Shown one piece after another: positions 24,495 to 25,208 of a stretch of DNA of 25,208 nt. Numbering within the stretch: position 1 is the first letter of the stretch; every line of letters begins with the position of its first letter. The translations under genes were made by a program, and so were the position numbers. The stretch is from a virus (Duplodnaviria > Caudoviricetes), in IMG/VR virus record IMGVR_UViG_3300044676_008138, positions 1-25,208 of that record. One strand, 5' to 3'. The notes beneath the pieces were generated by a model, which worked only from the letters and a program-made list of their open reading frames with translations, ran no database searches and was not told where the DNA came from.

Positions 24495-24773
24495 CAAAAA
24501 TAAACGCAAAAAAACAACAAAATATTAATGAGAAAATTACCACCAAACATGCAACAAAATAACACTTCAAAGCAATTGATTTTCACCCCGATTTTCAAAA
24601 TTCGGCAAGGGCCAAATCGTCACATCGTGATATTACGATATGACCAAATCTAAGTGCCCAGAAAATTTTTTTAATTTTTTCGACTCACAGATTTCAACAT
24701 GTGAAAGTGAAAACTTTTTCCGCGCCGCGAGTAGAGAATGTGGCAAAGAGTCCTTTTTAAATAAACCCCCGTC

Positions 24774-25001
24774 CTATTCGTCAGGCTCATTGAAGTAGAG
24801 AGTTTCGTTTGTTTCTCCTGGCGAAACATTCTTCAACTCGGTAACAAGGCGGTGCAGTCCAACCGCATCAAAACTGCTCATTTGGTCAACCGCTTGCAGG
24901 TAAGCTTGGAAGAGCATTTTGGCTTCGTTTTCATCGTCCCATCGGAAATAAAACCAGTGCCCATTTCGTTTGAGGCATGCAATGTTTCTTCCACGTTTCA
25001 T
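24774..25001 (-). CDS. Small protein resembling a conserved Planctomycete hypothetical family
   Basis: 75 aa from ATG 25001 with GAGGAG SD; NIACLKRNGHWFYFRWDDENE...SF pattern. Confidence 0.7.
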   Translation of the reverse strand: MKRGRNIACLKRNGHWFYFRWDDENEAKMLFQAYLQAVDQMSSFDAVGLHRLVTELKNVSPGETNETLYFNEPDE

Positions 25002-25015
25002 CTCTCGATACTCCT

Positions 25016-25051
25016 CGCCGTCAATCCCGCCGTCGATTCCGCCGTCGATTC
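25016..25051. repeat. 3 x 12-bp tandem repeat CGCCGTC(A/G)AT(C/T)C
   Basis: Units at 25016, 25028 and 25040, immediately upstream of the SD of 24774-25001. Confidence 0.85.
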
Positions 25052-25059
25052 TGTGGCAT

Positions 25060-25089
25060 AAAAAAACCGTGGAGTCTCCTCCACGGTTT
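25060..25089 (-). terminator. Terminator-like hairpin
   Basis: AAACCGTGGAG-TCTC-CTCCACGGTTT with an A-run giving a U-tail on the minus strand. Confidence 0.65.
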
Positions 25090-25208
25090 CCCGATCGCTT
25101 CTTTAACTTCGCAGTCAAAAAAGTGTTTTCAATTAGCTACGGATTTCGTAGGTCACTGACCTGGTTGCGTCCGCATTTATCGCATTCAATTCGAATTTGA
25201 TTTTGTCA

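Larger units (their letters stand above)
1..25208. mobile_element. Temperate Caudoviricetes (sipho-type) genome segment, non-integrated (attP) configuration
   Basis: Terminase-portal-capsid-tail operon, integrase with internal att core, phage genes on both sides of att, no host housekeeping genes. Confidence 0.95.

Noticed and set aside
24346-24598. ORFs with SRARN / ELSSQ / LEPGT repeats
   Set aside because: Translation artefacts of the DNA array; 13-bp units shift the frame and there is no SD

Overview
The whole window is part of a temperate tailed phage (siphovirus-type, no sheath gene), probably infecting a Planctomycete (inferred from integrase style and a host-like small protein). From the left it contains: an excisionase-like HTH gene and a nuclease-like gene; a tyrosine integrase next to an intact attP (3' fragment of a tRNA-Ser plus GGGGACA arm repeats, phage genes on both sides, so the non-integrated form); a candidate small RNA; and a short early operon. 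A continuous minus-strand virion operon follows: TerS, GpA-type TerL, Ogr-like Zn ribbon, gpW-like protein, lambda-type portal, protease/scaffold, cement, Mu gpT-type capsid, neck, tube, frameshifted tail chaperone, tape measure, tail tip and two extra cement-fold paralogues. At the right are a candidate cos site, a divergent GP88-family cassette, and a non-coding block of hairpins, 7x TCCTGGCTCGAG repeats and an A-rich tract. All product calls come from motif recognition and gene order; no database search was run.
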